Part shown: positions 45,928-54,849 of the stretch, piece by piece | How the letters are laid out: every line of letters begins with the position of its first letter | Position numbering within the stretch: the stretch's first letter is position 1 | Virus record (IMG/VR): IMGVR_UViG_3300005670_000019 | Reading direction: 5' to 3' (one strand) | Source: a virus | Lineage: Duplodnaviria; Caudoviricetes | Length of the DNA: 64,000 nt | Notes under the pieces: model-generated | What the model was told of the DNA's origin: nothing | Seen by the model: only the letters and a program-made list of their open reading frames with translations | The model's database searches: none | Translations under genes and position numbers: made by a program

Positions 45928-46313
45928 CATTTGATGAATGGTGGGTTGAATACACAACTCCAGAGATGAGAGCAGACCTAAAAGCATATTATGGTTTGAC
46001 GTTTGAAACACTTCGTTCAATTGTCGAAAAGGAAGGAATTTGCCCTTCTTCTAAATTGGATATAAAAATTCATTCTTATCCAATTGCTGGTCGTACCCTC
46101 GGTTTCAAATTCGCTTTCATAAGCGACGGCGAAATTCTTCATGAAAGAGAACTTACACCTAAAACTATGTTAGGACCAGGGGATCTTTTTGAAGAAGATG
46201 CTGCAATTCCTCGCTATTTTTCAAATGATGGAAAGTTGTATAGAAAGTATGGCGGAAAATTAGAAGCAGGGCAACTTGTTGATGGCGAGTTTCAACCAGA
46301 TGAGGTCAAATGA
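45924..46313 (+). CDS. Hypothetical protein
   Basis: GGAGG SD. Confidence 0.7.
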   Translation: MTFDEWWVEYTTPEMRADLKAYYGLTFETLRSIVEKEGICPSSKLDIKIHSYPIAGRTLGFKFAFISDGEILHERELTPKTMLGPGDLFEEDAAIPRYFSNDGKLYRKYGGKLEAGQLVDGEFQPDEVK

Positions 46314-46459
46314 AAACAGAAATGAAGGCACGTATTCGTTGGTTGATGCACAACACCTTGGTTCATCCAATATGTGGAATTCTTTGGTTTTTTGAATTCA
46401 ATGAATTGGCTGATCGGATCCATAATCTAGATGATTATGGTGAAATTTTCTTTGAATAA
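46310..46459 (+). CDS. 49-aa His-rich small protein (not in ORF track)
   Basis: MKTEMKARIRWLMHNTLVHPICGILWFFEFNELADRIHNLDDYGEIFFE; ATGA overlap, GAGG SD. Confidence 0.65.
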   Translation: MKTEMKARIRWLMHNTLVHPICGILWFFEFNELADRIHNLDDYGEIFFE

Positions 46460-46468
46460 GGTAAAGAA

Positions 46469-46942
46469 ATGACTGATAAAAAGTTAGTGTTCAAAGTTTC
46501 GGACTTTTTGGAAGAACAAGGATTTCTTGATGTAAATGAGGGAGAAGTCCCTGATGAAGCCACGAGACTTTCTTGGCAAGAAAGAAGAAAAAAAGATGAT
46601 GAATATGATATGCGTCGGTCGAATGAAGTTCATACATTTTCCGCCACAAATGTTAGACCAGTTTTTCCTTACAATGAAGTTGATAGAAGTAAAATCCTTG
46701 CAAAGGTTTTATCGTATTTAGAACAAACTCCAACAACATATACAAATTTAGAAAGAACTTTTCTTTCTGGTTGGAATTCTCCAGTTCGTGGACATAGAGT
46801 TGATTTTCGAAACCTGATCAAGTATGCAATTGATAAAGGTTTTATCGAAATGGATGGATCATTGAAACTCCAATGTAAACTTTCTAGAGGAGAGTTTGAA
46901 GAAAGAAGTAGTGAGATATTGGAAGATTTGATTGAGGTCTAA
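46469..46942 (+). CDS. Hypothetical protein, possible winged-helix C-terminus
   Basis: 157 aa. Confidence 0.7.
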   Translation: MTDKKLVFKVSDFLEEQGFLDVNEGEVPDEATRLSWQERRKKDDEYDMRRSNEVHTFSATNVRPVFPYNEVDRSKILAKVLSYLEQTPTTYTNLERTFLSGWNSPVRGHRVDFRNLIKYAIDKGFIEMDGSLKLQCKLSRGEFEERSSEILEDLIEV

Positions 46943-47163
46943 TGAATTTTTTGCCGAAAAGTGCAGCGTGGATTTTCTTTGCTCTTAGAGAAGACGGTGT
47001 CAAAACAAAGTTGATTTATATCAAAAACAAAGACATGAGAAACATTCTTGCAGCCAATCAAATATATTTCAAACATCTTGTTGGAGAGGTTTTCTTTCTA
47101 AATGAAGAACAGTTTGAGTTCTTGAACCAGAAGAATATCCTTGGAACGTTCCTTTTTATTTGA
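46942..47163 (+). CDS. Hypothetical protein
   Basis: GAGG SD. Confidence 0.6.
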   Translation: MNFLPKSAAWIFFALREDGVKTKLIYIKNKDMRNILAANQIYFKHLVGEVFFLNEEQFEFLNQKNILGTFLFI

Positions 47164-47428
47164 AAAGTCGAGAAACTCTATGATTGATATTCTTGGTAAA
47201 AACATTGTTTTTCGGATCAATAGATCCTGGTATGTGTTCCCAGTTGTCCATAACGATAAAGTTCGTCACTGTCAATACGAACAAACAAATCCAAAGACAA
47301 CAATGCAAGGCAAGGTTGTAGGATTCACAGAAGGACGTTTTTTTCAAATTGAAATTGATGGCTTTCCAATAGGATCAACAGCCGAAATAATAGAAGAATG
47401 CATAGAAATAGTCAAGATACTTGATTGA
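47141..47428 (+). CDS. Hypothetical protein
   Basis: Short ORF ending before a terminator. Confidence 0.55.
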   Translation: MERSFLFEKSRNSMIDILGKNIVFRINRSWYVFPVVHNDKVRHCQYEQTNPKTTMQGKVVGFTEGRFFQIEIDGFPIGSTAEIIEECIEIVKILD

Positions 47429-47431
47429 TTT

Positions 47432-47452
47432 GGGAGCAACCGCTCCCTTTTT
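47432..47452 (+). terminator. Intrinsic terminator
   Basis: gggagc-aacc-gctccc-ttttt. Confidence 0.7.
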
Positions 47453-47453
47453 C

Positions 47454-47460
47454 ATACTTA
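47454..47460 (+). promoter_or_regulatory. Late-type motif ATACTTA, leaderless
   Basis: 5 nt before ATG 47466, immediately after the terminator. Confidence 0.6.
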
Positions 47461-47465
47461 TTCTC

Positions 47466-48320
47466 ATGACAAAACTAAAGAAAATTCTCTTTGAACAAGA
47501 AGATATGGTTCCAAAAGAACGTGGCTCAATGCATGTCTCAAAAGGTGATGACGAACGCTTTTGGGGAAACCGTGGAGCAGGCATTCTTCTAATTGCAAAA
47601 GATACAGGGAGACTTCTGTTGGTTTTGCGTTCAAATGAAGTAAACGAACCAGGCACTTGGGGAATACCTGGCGGAGCCATTGATGACGAAGATGAAAGCG
47701 AAGTTAGTGCCGCAAAAAGAGAAGCACATGAAGAAGTTGGATATCGTGGTCCAATCGAAATTCATGCTTCATATGTTTTCAAAGCTGCTAAGTTTAGATA
47801 CTTCAACTTCATTGGGATCGTTCCAAAAGAGTTTGAGCCTCGACTTGATTGGGAAAATGATGAAGCTGGATGGTTTTCCATGGATGAACTTCCGTCACCT
47901 CTTCACTTTGGTTTGAAAGCCCTTCTTCAAAACTCCGCAAAGCAGATTGCTTCATTTACTGTTTCGGCTCAAGACCTTCAGGAGGCTTTCATTTCCGACC
48001 TTGATGAAAGAGAACTTCCTTCAAACGAAAGTCTGTGGGATAAAGCAAAACAGCTCGCGATGGTAAAGTTTGGTGGAGTTCCGACAAGTAAAGGTTATAA
48101 GTGGGCAAAGAAATGGTACCACTTCAAGGGCGGCAATTGGAATGAAGTAAAGCCAAAAGTCAGAGAGGCTCTCATTCATGAAATGAATGCAATTTCTGCT
48201 GGTGGCGCATCTCTTGTTTCATCGGGACAAATTGCTGGTTCTGCCAATGCTCCAATTGGTTCAAAGGCAAGAAAAAAAGCTAAGCAGAAAATGTGGGCAG
48301 AATACAAAATAAACAAATGA
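47466..48320 (+). CDS. Nudix hydrolase, putative virion-packaged polyprotein
   Basis: WGIPGG....ESEVSAAKREAHEEVG; N-terminal KLKKILFEQ; LQE and IHE junctions. Confidence 0.85.
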   Translation: MTKLKKILFEQEDMVPKERGSMHVSKGDDERFWGNRGAGILLIAKDTGRLLLVLRSNEVNEPGTWGIPGGAIDDEDESEVSAAKREAHEEVGYRGPIEIHASYVFKAAKFRYFNFIGIVPKEFEPRLDWENDEAGWFSMDELPSPLHFGLKALLQNSAKQIASFTVSAQDLQEAFISDLDERELPSNESLWDKAKQLAMVKFGGVPTSKGYKWAKKWYHFKGGNWNEVKPKVREALIHEMNAISAGGASLVSSGQIAGSANAPIGSKARKKAKQKMWAEYKINK

Positions 48321-48640
48321 CATTACCTCTTTTCATTGATGAAGAAAAAAAGAAAAAGTGGTCTTATGAGAAAGAGCCACTGACATACTATGTCATTTCA
48401 AAAAAGACACCAGATGAAGTGTTGATAACTGGCATTCCAAAAGGAACACAGGTTCTAAATCAGTTTGCCATGAAGAAAAGGATTCCAAACCCAAAACTTG
48501 GATTATTCATCTACTACTTGGACAATGCTCAAGTGACCGAAAAAAGAGGAAGAGCCTTTCTTTCTCAAGATGTAAAACCGGAAGATATTTTTTTCTTTGA
48601 CTTTGGAGAATGGACTTCAATCATATCACTCTATCCATAA
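48317..48640 (+). CDS. Hypothetical protein
   Basis: ATGA-coupled start MTLP. Confidence 0.65.
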   Translation: MTLPLFIDEEKKKKWSYEKEPLTYYVISKKTPDEVLITGIPKGTQVLNQFAMKKRIPNPKLGLFIYYLDNAQVTEKRGRAFLSQDVKPEDIFFFDFGEWTSIISLYP

Positions 48641-48652
48641 CAGGACGTTGAT

Positions 48653-48985
48653 ATGTTGGAGTGGTTCAAGTCAAAAATATCAAAAAAACCATCAAAATCA
48701 AAAAAAGAAATACTCTCTCAACTTGAAAGAGGTGACCTTGTAAAGGTATCATTGAGAGACAAAGACTATTTCAAAAGATGTTATCCCGGAGGAACTTCAA
48801 GATTTGATCAAGAACTTATCAATGAAAGAGTTTTCATTGGTAATATTACCAATTGTCATTGGAGACAACAAGAAAAGATTTGGGTTGTTTCAGTCTCAGT
48901 TGGAAGAAGATATGGAATGAGAGAGTTCCTTATTCTGGAAGATGAAATAGAACAGATTAGAAAGATAAATCAAAATGACGTGTGA
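48653..48985 (+). CDS. Hypothetical SH3/KOW-like protein
   Basis: LERGDLVKV...LEDEIE.I. Confidence 0.65.
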   Translation: MLEWFKSKISKKPSKSKKEILSQLERGDLVKVSLRDKDYFKRCYPGGTSRFDQELINERVFIGNITNCHWRQQEKIWVVSVSVGRRYGMREFLILEDEIEQIRKINQNDV

Positions 48986-49838
48986 AGTAAAGATAATCGA
49001 AGATACCGTTGGATATGGAAGAAGACTCACGACTTTTCAGTTGAGGTATCCACGTTTTATTCACTCTGAATTGATGACCCACAGAGTTTTCAGTCGGAAT
49101 GCATCATCTTCCCGTGCCATTCCAACAGCAAAGCTTCTTGAAATGGTAAAAATAGATCCAGCCATGCCTGTGTATTGGGGAAAGAATCAATCAGGTATGC
49201 AAGCAAATGAAGAACTTGATGAAGAGACAAAGCAGAAGGCAATCCAAGTTTGGCTTGAGACACGTGACCTTGTTGTTGAACAAACAAAGAAAATGATCGA
49301 TCTTGGTGTTCATAAACAAATTGCAAATCGAATGCTTGAACCTTGGCATTACATTCATGTTGTTCTGACAGCAACAGAGTTTGAAAACTTCTTTGAGCTT
49401 CGGTGTCACAAAGATGCTCAGCCAGAAATCAAAGAACTGGCTGACATGATGAGAAACGAATACAACAAGATGAAAGTCACAAAATCTTGTGATGAGCATT
49501 GGTGGCACCTTCCTTATGTAACTCAGGAAGAAAGAGATCAGCATTCTTTGACCGATCTTTTGAAGATTTCAACTGCAAGGTGTGCAAGAGTTTCTTATAT
49601 GAATCATGATGGAACCGCAACAGACATTGAAAAAGATAGAAAACTTCATGACATGCTTGTTGTTGCTCAACCTCCCCACATGTCTCCAGCAGAACATCAA
49701 GCTGTATTTTTGAATCCAGAAAAAGCTTATGGAAACTTCATGGGATGGAAACAATACAGAAAGTATCTTGAAACAAATTTCACAGCAGAAAATATTGGAA
49801 ATGATCCAATCTACTCATTTAGAAATGAGGACCGATGA
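48975..49838 (+). CDS. thyX: Flavin-dependent thymidylate synthase (Thy1/ThyX)
   Basis: PRFIHSELMTHRVFSRNASSSRAIP, HKQIANR, FF.LR, AQPEI, ARCARVSY, SPAEHQA. Confidence 0.9.
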   Translation: MTCEVKIIEDTVGYGRRLTTFQLRYPRFIHSELMTHRVFSRNASSSRAIPTAKLLEMVKIDPAMPVYWGKNQSGMQANEELDEETKQKAIQVWLETRDLVVEQTKKMIDLGVHKQIANRMLEPWHYIHVVLTATEFENFFELRCHKDAQPEIKELADMMRNEYNKMKVTKSCDEHWWHLPYVTQEERDQHSLTDLLKISTARCARVSYMNHDGTATDIEKDRKLHDMLVVAQPPHMSPAEHQAVFLNPEKAYGNFMGWKQYRKYLETNFTAENIGNDPIYSFRNEDR

Positions 49839-50017
49839 AAAAGAAAAAGGAAGCTGATGAAACATTTACGGAACAGTTTTCAAATAACATTCCAAATGAA
49901 CTTGAATGCGTAAACTCAGCAATCAAATACATGAAATGTGAACCAACTTTTCATTTTTCCTTGAAAGTAAAATGCGTTCTCGCTATAGTAGGGATGTATG
50001 ACAAATCCAACAGATGA
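49835..50017 (+). CDS. Hypothetical protein
   Basis: GAGG SD, ATGA overlap. Confidence 0.45.
   Translation: MKKKKEADETFTEQFSNNIPNELECVNSAIKYMKCEPTFHFSLKVKCVLAIVGMYDKSNR
49961..49989 (+). promoter_or_regulatory. Sigma70-type promoter, very short leader
   Basis: TTGAAA-17 bp-TATAGT-8 nt-ATG. Confidence 0.7.
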
Positions 50018-50273
50018 AGACCTCCGCAAAAAGCTTTTTGCTCTACGAAATAAGAGTGTTGAGAAAACGAATCTACCTCTTGCCATAGAAAAGATCACGA
50101 ACATTATTCGTACATGTGGACCTGTAAGAGCAAAGGAGGTCCGTCTACTAATGGAGGAGATAGGATTTTCACCATTTCTTTCTCGTACAGCAATTGCAAA
50201 AATGTGGGATACCGGACTCATAAATGTCTCCAATGAACAATATCTTCTATTGGTAGAGGATAAAAAAGAATGA
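49998..50273 (+). CDS. Hypothetical protein, possible winged helix
   Basis: 91 aa. Confidence 0.65.
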   Translation: MTNPTDEDLRKKLFALRNKSVEKTNLPLAIEKITNIIRTCGPVRAKEVRLLMEEIGFSPFLSRTAIAKMWDTGLINVSNEQYLLLVEDKKE

Positions 50274-51073
50274 AAAGTCCACTTCGCTATCCTGGCGGAA
50301 AGTCAAGACTGATAAAAGAAATCCTCAAGTTCAAACCAAAAGATATCACAGAATACAGAGAACCTTTTCTTGGAGGAGGTTCTCTTTTCTTTCATTTACT
50401 TGATGACAAAGAGATTGAAATCTTCAAGGCAAGCGATACCTTTCCGGAGTTGATCAACTTCTATCAGACAATGCTTCAAAGCCCGCAGGAGCTCGTGCAG
50501 GTCATTGAAAAAATGAAGATGACCAACGAGCCATCCAAACTCTTTTCATTTTCCAAAAGCCTCCTAACGAACAAGAACTCTCATTCAAACATTGAGCAAG
50601 CTGCCGCTTTCTTCATTTTGAACAGAACATCATTTTCCGGTTTGACAATGTCTGGAGGTTTTTCAAAAGCCTCTTATGATGGACGCTTCAAGAAGCCTCA
50701 CATAGAAAAATGTGGAAGTCTAAAAAATGTGAAGAAACAAATCCAAATTAAAGAAGCTTCTTATGAAGAACTTCTATTTCAACCGACAGAGAACAAAACA
50801 TGGATCTTTCTTGATCCTCCATATGATATCAAATCATCCAATCTGTATGGGAAGAATGGTGATGGGCACAAAGGATTTGATCACGAAAAATTAGCCATTG
50901 ACTGCAAGAATAGTCAACACCAATGGTTAATTACATACAACAACAATGAACACATCAGAAACCTTTATGAGGGTTGGGCATTCATTCAAGAAGTTGATGT
51001 TGTTTACAATATGAACAGTTCAGGTAAAAAACGAAAAGAATTGTTCATCACAAACTACAAGGTTGATCAATGA
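50270..51073 (+). CDS. dam: DNA adenine methyltransferase (Dam/D12 class)
   Basis: LRYPGGKS, EPFLGGGS, LNRTSFSG, FLDPPY, ELFITNY. Confidence 0.9.
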   Translation: MKSPLRYPGGKSRLIKEILKFKPKDITEYREPFLGGGSLFFHLLDDKEIEIFKASDTFPELINFYQTMLQSPQELVQVIEKMKMTNEPSKLFSFSKSLLTNKNSHSNIEQAAAFFILNRTSFSGLTMSGGFSKASYDGRFKKPHIEKCGSLKNVKKQIQIKEASYEELLFQPTENKTWIFLDPPYDIKSSNLYGKNGDGHKGFDHEKLAIDCKNSQHQWLITYNNNEHIRNLYEGWAFIQEVDVVYNMNSSGKKRKELFITNYKVDQ

Positions 51074-52203
51074 AAATAAAAAAACTACTTTTTGAAACTG
51101 CAACAAAAGCAAACGCCGGTGATGTTAGTGAAGGTATTCTTGGTGCTGCTTGTACGGCTAGATTTCTTTATGGTTCTGAGAAACCAATAACACAAAAAGA
51201 AATCTGGACAGTCATTGAACAGTTGAACAAAACAACAAACAAATCTACTGGATCAACCGTTTTGAAATCAAAAACCTTTTCAAAACCACCATCAGTGAAG
51301 CCAGGTCAACCAAACTCCATTACACTCACTGTAGGACTATCCGAAAACAATTATGCAGGTTTCATTGACCCCATTTTCTTTCAAAGCATTGATGGAATTG
51401 TGAGAGCGGCGGCAGCATTTGCTTCTTCACCTTCCTTCATCCGTCTTGTAAAGAATGTTGAAATGAGTGCAAAGGCAAACAAAATTGAGATTTCCTCAGT
51501 TGGACTAGAAGACCAAAAGGGAACAAAGGTTGACCTCAAAATTGCTATTGATGGAAAGGTCGTTCCTCTTGGTGCTCTTTCTCTAAAAGCTGGAGGAACA
51601 AAACAAGTTGGACAGATTGGAAAAGGTTGGGCAGCTTCAAAACCTGGCGCCTCGCGTGGTATTGTTGACCTTTTTCGTGCTCTCTTTGGAGTAGAAATCA
51701 ACAAGAACCTTCAAAAGCAATATGAACAGGCTCTAAGCTCTGCAAACTATGTTGCAATCAGTCAAGCAATTGATGAAGTTTACTACGACTGCTTCAAACA
51801 AGTAAGCAAAAAGTTTGATAGTGGAGTAAACGAAATTTCGGATTTCATCATTGGTCTTGCAAAAGCAATCAAATACGAAGCCATGCTTGAAGAAGAAGGA
51901 GTTATTCTTGTTCATCTTGATGCAGGTAATTTCAAGGCACTTGACTTTGGAAAATTTGTTTCATTGGCAAATGATGAACAAGTTGAAATGGATGTTGAAA
52001 TCCAATATCAACCACCTGCATCCTATGAAAACTCTGTTCCTTATCTTTTCGTCAATTTGAAAGTAGATGGACAAGACTTTGGAAAGTTGATTTCAATTCG
52101 TCCAAAGATTAGAGTCGAAGAAGGTGTGAAAGTGAAAGAGTTTAGACACTATGTTCAAAAGGAAAGTGGTCTTGCCAAACTTCTTTCTATTGATCTTGAC
52201 TGA
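51070..52203 (+). CDS. Putative PD-(D/E)XK-like nuclease, possibly virion-packaged
   Basis: GDVSEG...KGTKVDL...LSLK; N-terminal MKIKKLLFE. Confidence 0.45.
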   Translation: MKIKKLLFETATKANAGDVSEGILGAACTARFLYGSEKPITQKEIWTVIEQLNKTTNKSTGSTVLKSKTFSKPPSVKPGQPNSITLTVGLSENNYAGFIDPIFFQSIDGIVRAAAAFASSPSFIRLVKNVEMSAKANKIEISSVGLEDQKGTKVDLKIAIDGKVVPLGALSLKAGGTKQVGQIGKGWAASKPGASRGIVDLFRALFGVEINKNLQKQYEQALSSANYVAISQAIDEVYYDCFKQVSKKFDSGVNEISDFIIGLAKAIKYEAMLEEEGVILVHLDAGNFKALDFGKFVSLANDEQVEMDVEIQYQPPASYENSVPYLFVNLKVDGQDFGKLISIRPKIRVEEGVKVKEFRHYVQKESGLAKLLSIDLD

Positions 52204-52501
52204 AAAACTCATCTTCCATTGGTTTAGGATTGAGGAGCTTCGTAAGCTCCTCTTTTGTTTTTTTGGCTCCATTACCTAGTTGGATTTGTCCTGAAGCATC
52301 TGTTGCCCAAAACACAATCTTTTCTTTTCTTTTTGGAGAGGTAAGAAAGAAGATGCAACTCTTTCCATGTTGAACACCACGAAAAACAACGTCATTTTTC
52401 CATTTATCAACAATGTACTTTAGAGTTTCAAACTCTTCTGGATATTTCTGTTTGAAATCTTTTATCAAGACCACGAGTTTTTCTTTTGAAATATTGAGCA
52501 T
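52187..52501 (-). CDS. Hypothetical protein (late, leaderless)
   Basis: ATACTTA 5 nt upstream of the ATG. Confidence 0.65.
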   Translation of the reverse strand: MLNISKEKLVVLIKDFKQKYPEEFETLKYIVDKWKNDVVFRGVQHGKSCIFFLTSPKRKEKIVFWATDASGQIQLGNGAKKTKEELTKLLNPKPMEDEFFSQDQ

Positions 52502-52504
52502 GAC

Positions 52505-52532
52505 TTTAAGTATATTCAGAATGTGCTATGAT
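52505..52532 (+). promoter_or_regulatory. Extended -10 promoter, leaderless
   Basis: TTTAAG-16 bp (ending tgc)-TATGAT-5 nt-ATG 52538. Confidence 0.6.
52507..52513 (-). promoter_or_regulatory. Late-type motif ATACTTA
   Basis: ATACTTA-aagtc-ATG. Confidence 0.55.
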
Positions 52533-52537
52533 GAGAC

Positions 52538-52867
52538 ATGAGCGAAAACAGATTTGATTATCAGGCACTTGCAAATGAAATTGGGGCTCTTGTAAATGAA
52601 AAAAACAAGGCTTATGGAAACTCTTTTGAGCAAGCAGAAGAGTTTCTAAAACTTCTATTTCCAAATGGAATACCAATAGAAAGTTATTCTGACATGCTTT
52701 GCATTGTCAGAATATTTGACAAACTCAAAAGGATTGCGACAAAGAAGGATGCCTTTGGAGAAAGTCCTTATCGAGATTTGGTTGGTTATGGACTTTTGGG
52801 AGCTGCTAAAGACATGAAGAAAAAAGAATCAGACGAAATCGACTACGATAACGAACCATTCAAATGA
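52538..52867 (+). CDS. DUF1599 / nucleotide-modification-associated domain 1 (Nmad1)-like protein
   Basis: KNKAYGNSF...RIFDKLKRI...ESPYRDLVGY. Confidence 0.75.
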   Translation: MSENRFDYQALANEIGALVNEKNKAYGNSFEQAEEFLKLLFPNGIPIESYSDMLCIVRIFDKLKRIATKKDAFGESPYRDLVGYGLLGAAKDMKKKESDEIDYDNEPFK

Positions 52868-52891
52868 AAAAAGCCCCGAAAGGGGCTTTTT
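52868..52891. terminator. Bidirectional terminator
   Basis: aaaaagcccc-gaaa-ggggcttttt between convergent genes. Confidence 0.85.
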
Positions 52892-53163
52892 CAATTCACT
52901 TCGCCTTGTTCGGCTGTTGAAGCGAGTTCTGCTTCTTGGGCAGCGGCAAGAGCCTTCTCAGCCTCAGCGTTCAATCTTTCGACCATCTCGTTCCATTGAG
53001 ATACGTATTCTGCGGAAATGGTAAGATTTCCATTTTCCGTCTCTTCAAAAGCCATTCCTCGAACAATATCAACAAAGTTTGTTCCTGTAAGAAGACACAG
53101 TTGAAGACCTTCTCTAATCATAAAGATTGCGTCATCCGTTAGTTTGTATAGTTTTTTACTCAT
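52891..53163 (-). CDS. Conserved-looking small phage protein
   Basis: GGAG SD; LQL.LLTGT..VD..R. Confidence 0.7.
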   Translation of the reverse strand: MSKKLYKLTDDAIFMIREGLQLCLLTGTNFVDIVRGMAFEETENGNLTISAEYVSQWNEMVERLNAEAEKALAAAQEAELASTAEQGEVN

Positions 53164-53185
53164 TCATTCTCCATTTGACTTTAGA

Positions 53186-53584
53186 TTAGTGTAGTGTGGT
53201 TTCTGTGTATGGAAATTGTTTTGGAAAGAAGGTGGCTGCAAACAAAGAAGGTCCGAGAAGTTTTTCAAGAGTTACTTTTTGAAATCTTAGCTCTGTATGG
53301 TCTTTCGAAAATAAATGACAGGCTTCTGGAGCGCATGTTTGAAATGAGTTATCGTATGTTATTGCATCTAATTTTGAGGCTGCGATCTCCAACAGAATAA
53401 TTGAAATAATGTGGTCACGTGTTGGTTTTTCAATCTTAATTGGTAAAGAAACTTCGGTCTGATAACTCAAGTTATCTTTTTGAAATGTTACGAGCCAGTG
53501 AAAAAATAAGTTTGGAGGAAGTTCAACTCCAGTTCTATTTTCGATTTGACGCCAAGATAACTCAAAACCAAAATGATTTTCCAT
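53186..53584 (-). CDS. Hypothetical protein
   Basis: 132 aa. Confidence 0.65.
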   Translation of the reverse strand: MENHFGFELSWRQIENRTGVELPPNLFFHWLVTFQKDNLSYQTEVSLPIKIEKPTRDHIISIILLEIAASKLDAITYDNSFQTCAPEACHLFSKDHTELRFQKVTLEKLLGPSLFAATFFPKQFPYTETTLH

Positions 53585-53617
53585 GAGAACAGTCTATGTT
53601 GAATAAACGGCTTGTGT

Positions 53618-54262
53618 TCAGTCTGTTTCTTCAATAAACATTTTCTTTATACGTTCTTTGAGCTTATCTTCTGGAGATTTTTGAGCTTGTTGAATTTGTT
53701 TCTTCAAAGAGGCAATTCGTTTCTTCTCTTGGAGGAGTTTTGTAAGACGTTCTTCTTCGGCAAGAAGTTCTGTTAACTCTTCGAGAACATCCACTTTCTT
53801 TTCAACAATTGGTTTAGGTTGCGGCTTTGAAACTTGAGGCTTTGGAGAAGGTTTTGTAACAGGTTTAGTTGGGGTTCTCTTTACCACTATCTCTGTTGGT
53901 GAAACACTCTTTACTTCAGCAGCTTCATTTACCAAGTTTGCTTTTACATCAAGTGGTTTATGAAACTCAATTTCGATTTCTGCTGGTTTGAAGTATCTGT
54001 TTCCAAGAAGAACTTCAAGAGTGCCTGAGTATCTCTTTCCCTCTTTATACATGTTTGACGAAGGAATTTTAATTGAGACTTGACCTTGTTCATACTTTGC
54101 TGGAAGTAAGAAGCCAAGCTTCTCATCACCTTCCAGAAGAGAGAAACGAACTTTTGGACTTGAAGCGAGAGATGGATCAGTTGAATAGCCTTCAATAGAC
54201 AAACCGAAACTAATCTCGTTGTCTTCGCTCATGTTTAGAACAATTTTCTTTTCGTCGCTCAT
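53618..54262 (-). CDS. Putative structural protein (beta domain + Pro/Lys linker + coiled coil)
   Basis: Located in the late minus-strand operon. Confidence 0.65.
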   Translation of the reverse strand: MSDEKKIVLNMSEDNEISFGLSIEGYSTDPSLASSPKVRFSLLEGDEKLGFLLPAKYEQGQVSIKIPSSNMYKEGKRYSGTLEVLLGNRYFKPAEIEIEFHKPLDVKANLVNEAAEVKSVSPTEIVVKRTPTKPVTKPSPKPQVSKPQPKPIVEKKVDVLEELTELLAEEERLTKLLQEKKRIASLKKQIQQAQKSPEDKLKERIKKMFIEETD

Positions 54263-54843
54263 TCAAAGCTCCCAGTGGTTTCTCTTTTAATTAGAGCAGC
54301 TTTCACAGAAAATGTACTCTCATTCAATTTCTCAAACGTCATACTTTGCGAAAGAAATTGAGCTTCCTCTACCGTGGATTGCTTTGGTTGACTTTTGATA
54401 AACATCTGAGAACCAATCACAACATTTGGAATCGTTTCATTTTGCTCTGGAACTGAACCCATTGTGATTGGTGTTGCCTTTACAACAATCATCTCTTCTT
54501 TTCTAGGTTCTTTGGTTTCAGTCTTTATAGAGAAGATTTGAATTCTTGGATCCTTATCCAAAACATCTTTGTATCGAAGATATTTTTCTCTTCCATCAAC
54601 TGTGAGTTGATTCACTCCAGAAAGATGTGTTTTGAAAAGCACATCGAGTTCATCATATCGTGATGGATAAGTATATCTCTTGGCATATGCGGTACTCTTT
54701 CCTCCACGTCTTACAACAGATTGTGTTGGAGGATTTAGACAAAGTTCACTGTATCCTGTGTCATCTCCATCATACAAAAAACAATGCTCGTCATAGATCA
54801 AACGAGGATCATCGTAAATGAATGGTGGTGTTGGTAAAGGCAT
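54259..54843 (-). CDS. Putative structural protein
   Basis: N-terminal YDD...YD...YDG. Confidence 0.6.
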   Translation of the reverse strand: MPLPTPPFIYDDPRLIYDEHCFLYDGDDTGYSELCLNPPTQSVVRRGGKSTAYAKRYTYPSRYDELDVLFKTHLSGVNQLTVDGREKYLRYKDVLDKDPRIQIFSIKTETKEPRKEEMIVVKATPITMGSVPEQNETIPNVVIGSQMFIKSQPKQSTVEEAQFLSQSMTFEKLNESTFSVKAALIKRETTGSFE

Positions 54844-54849
54844 TCATGA

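Noticed and set aside
52232-52252. Hairpin gaggagc-ttcgtaa-gctcctc followed by a T-run
   Set aside because: Lies inside the 52187..52501 coding region; probably the terminator of the convergent plus-strand operon and not a novel element
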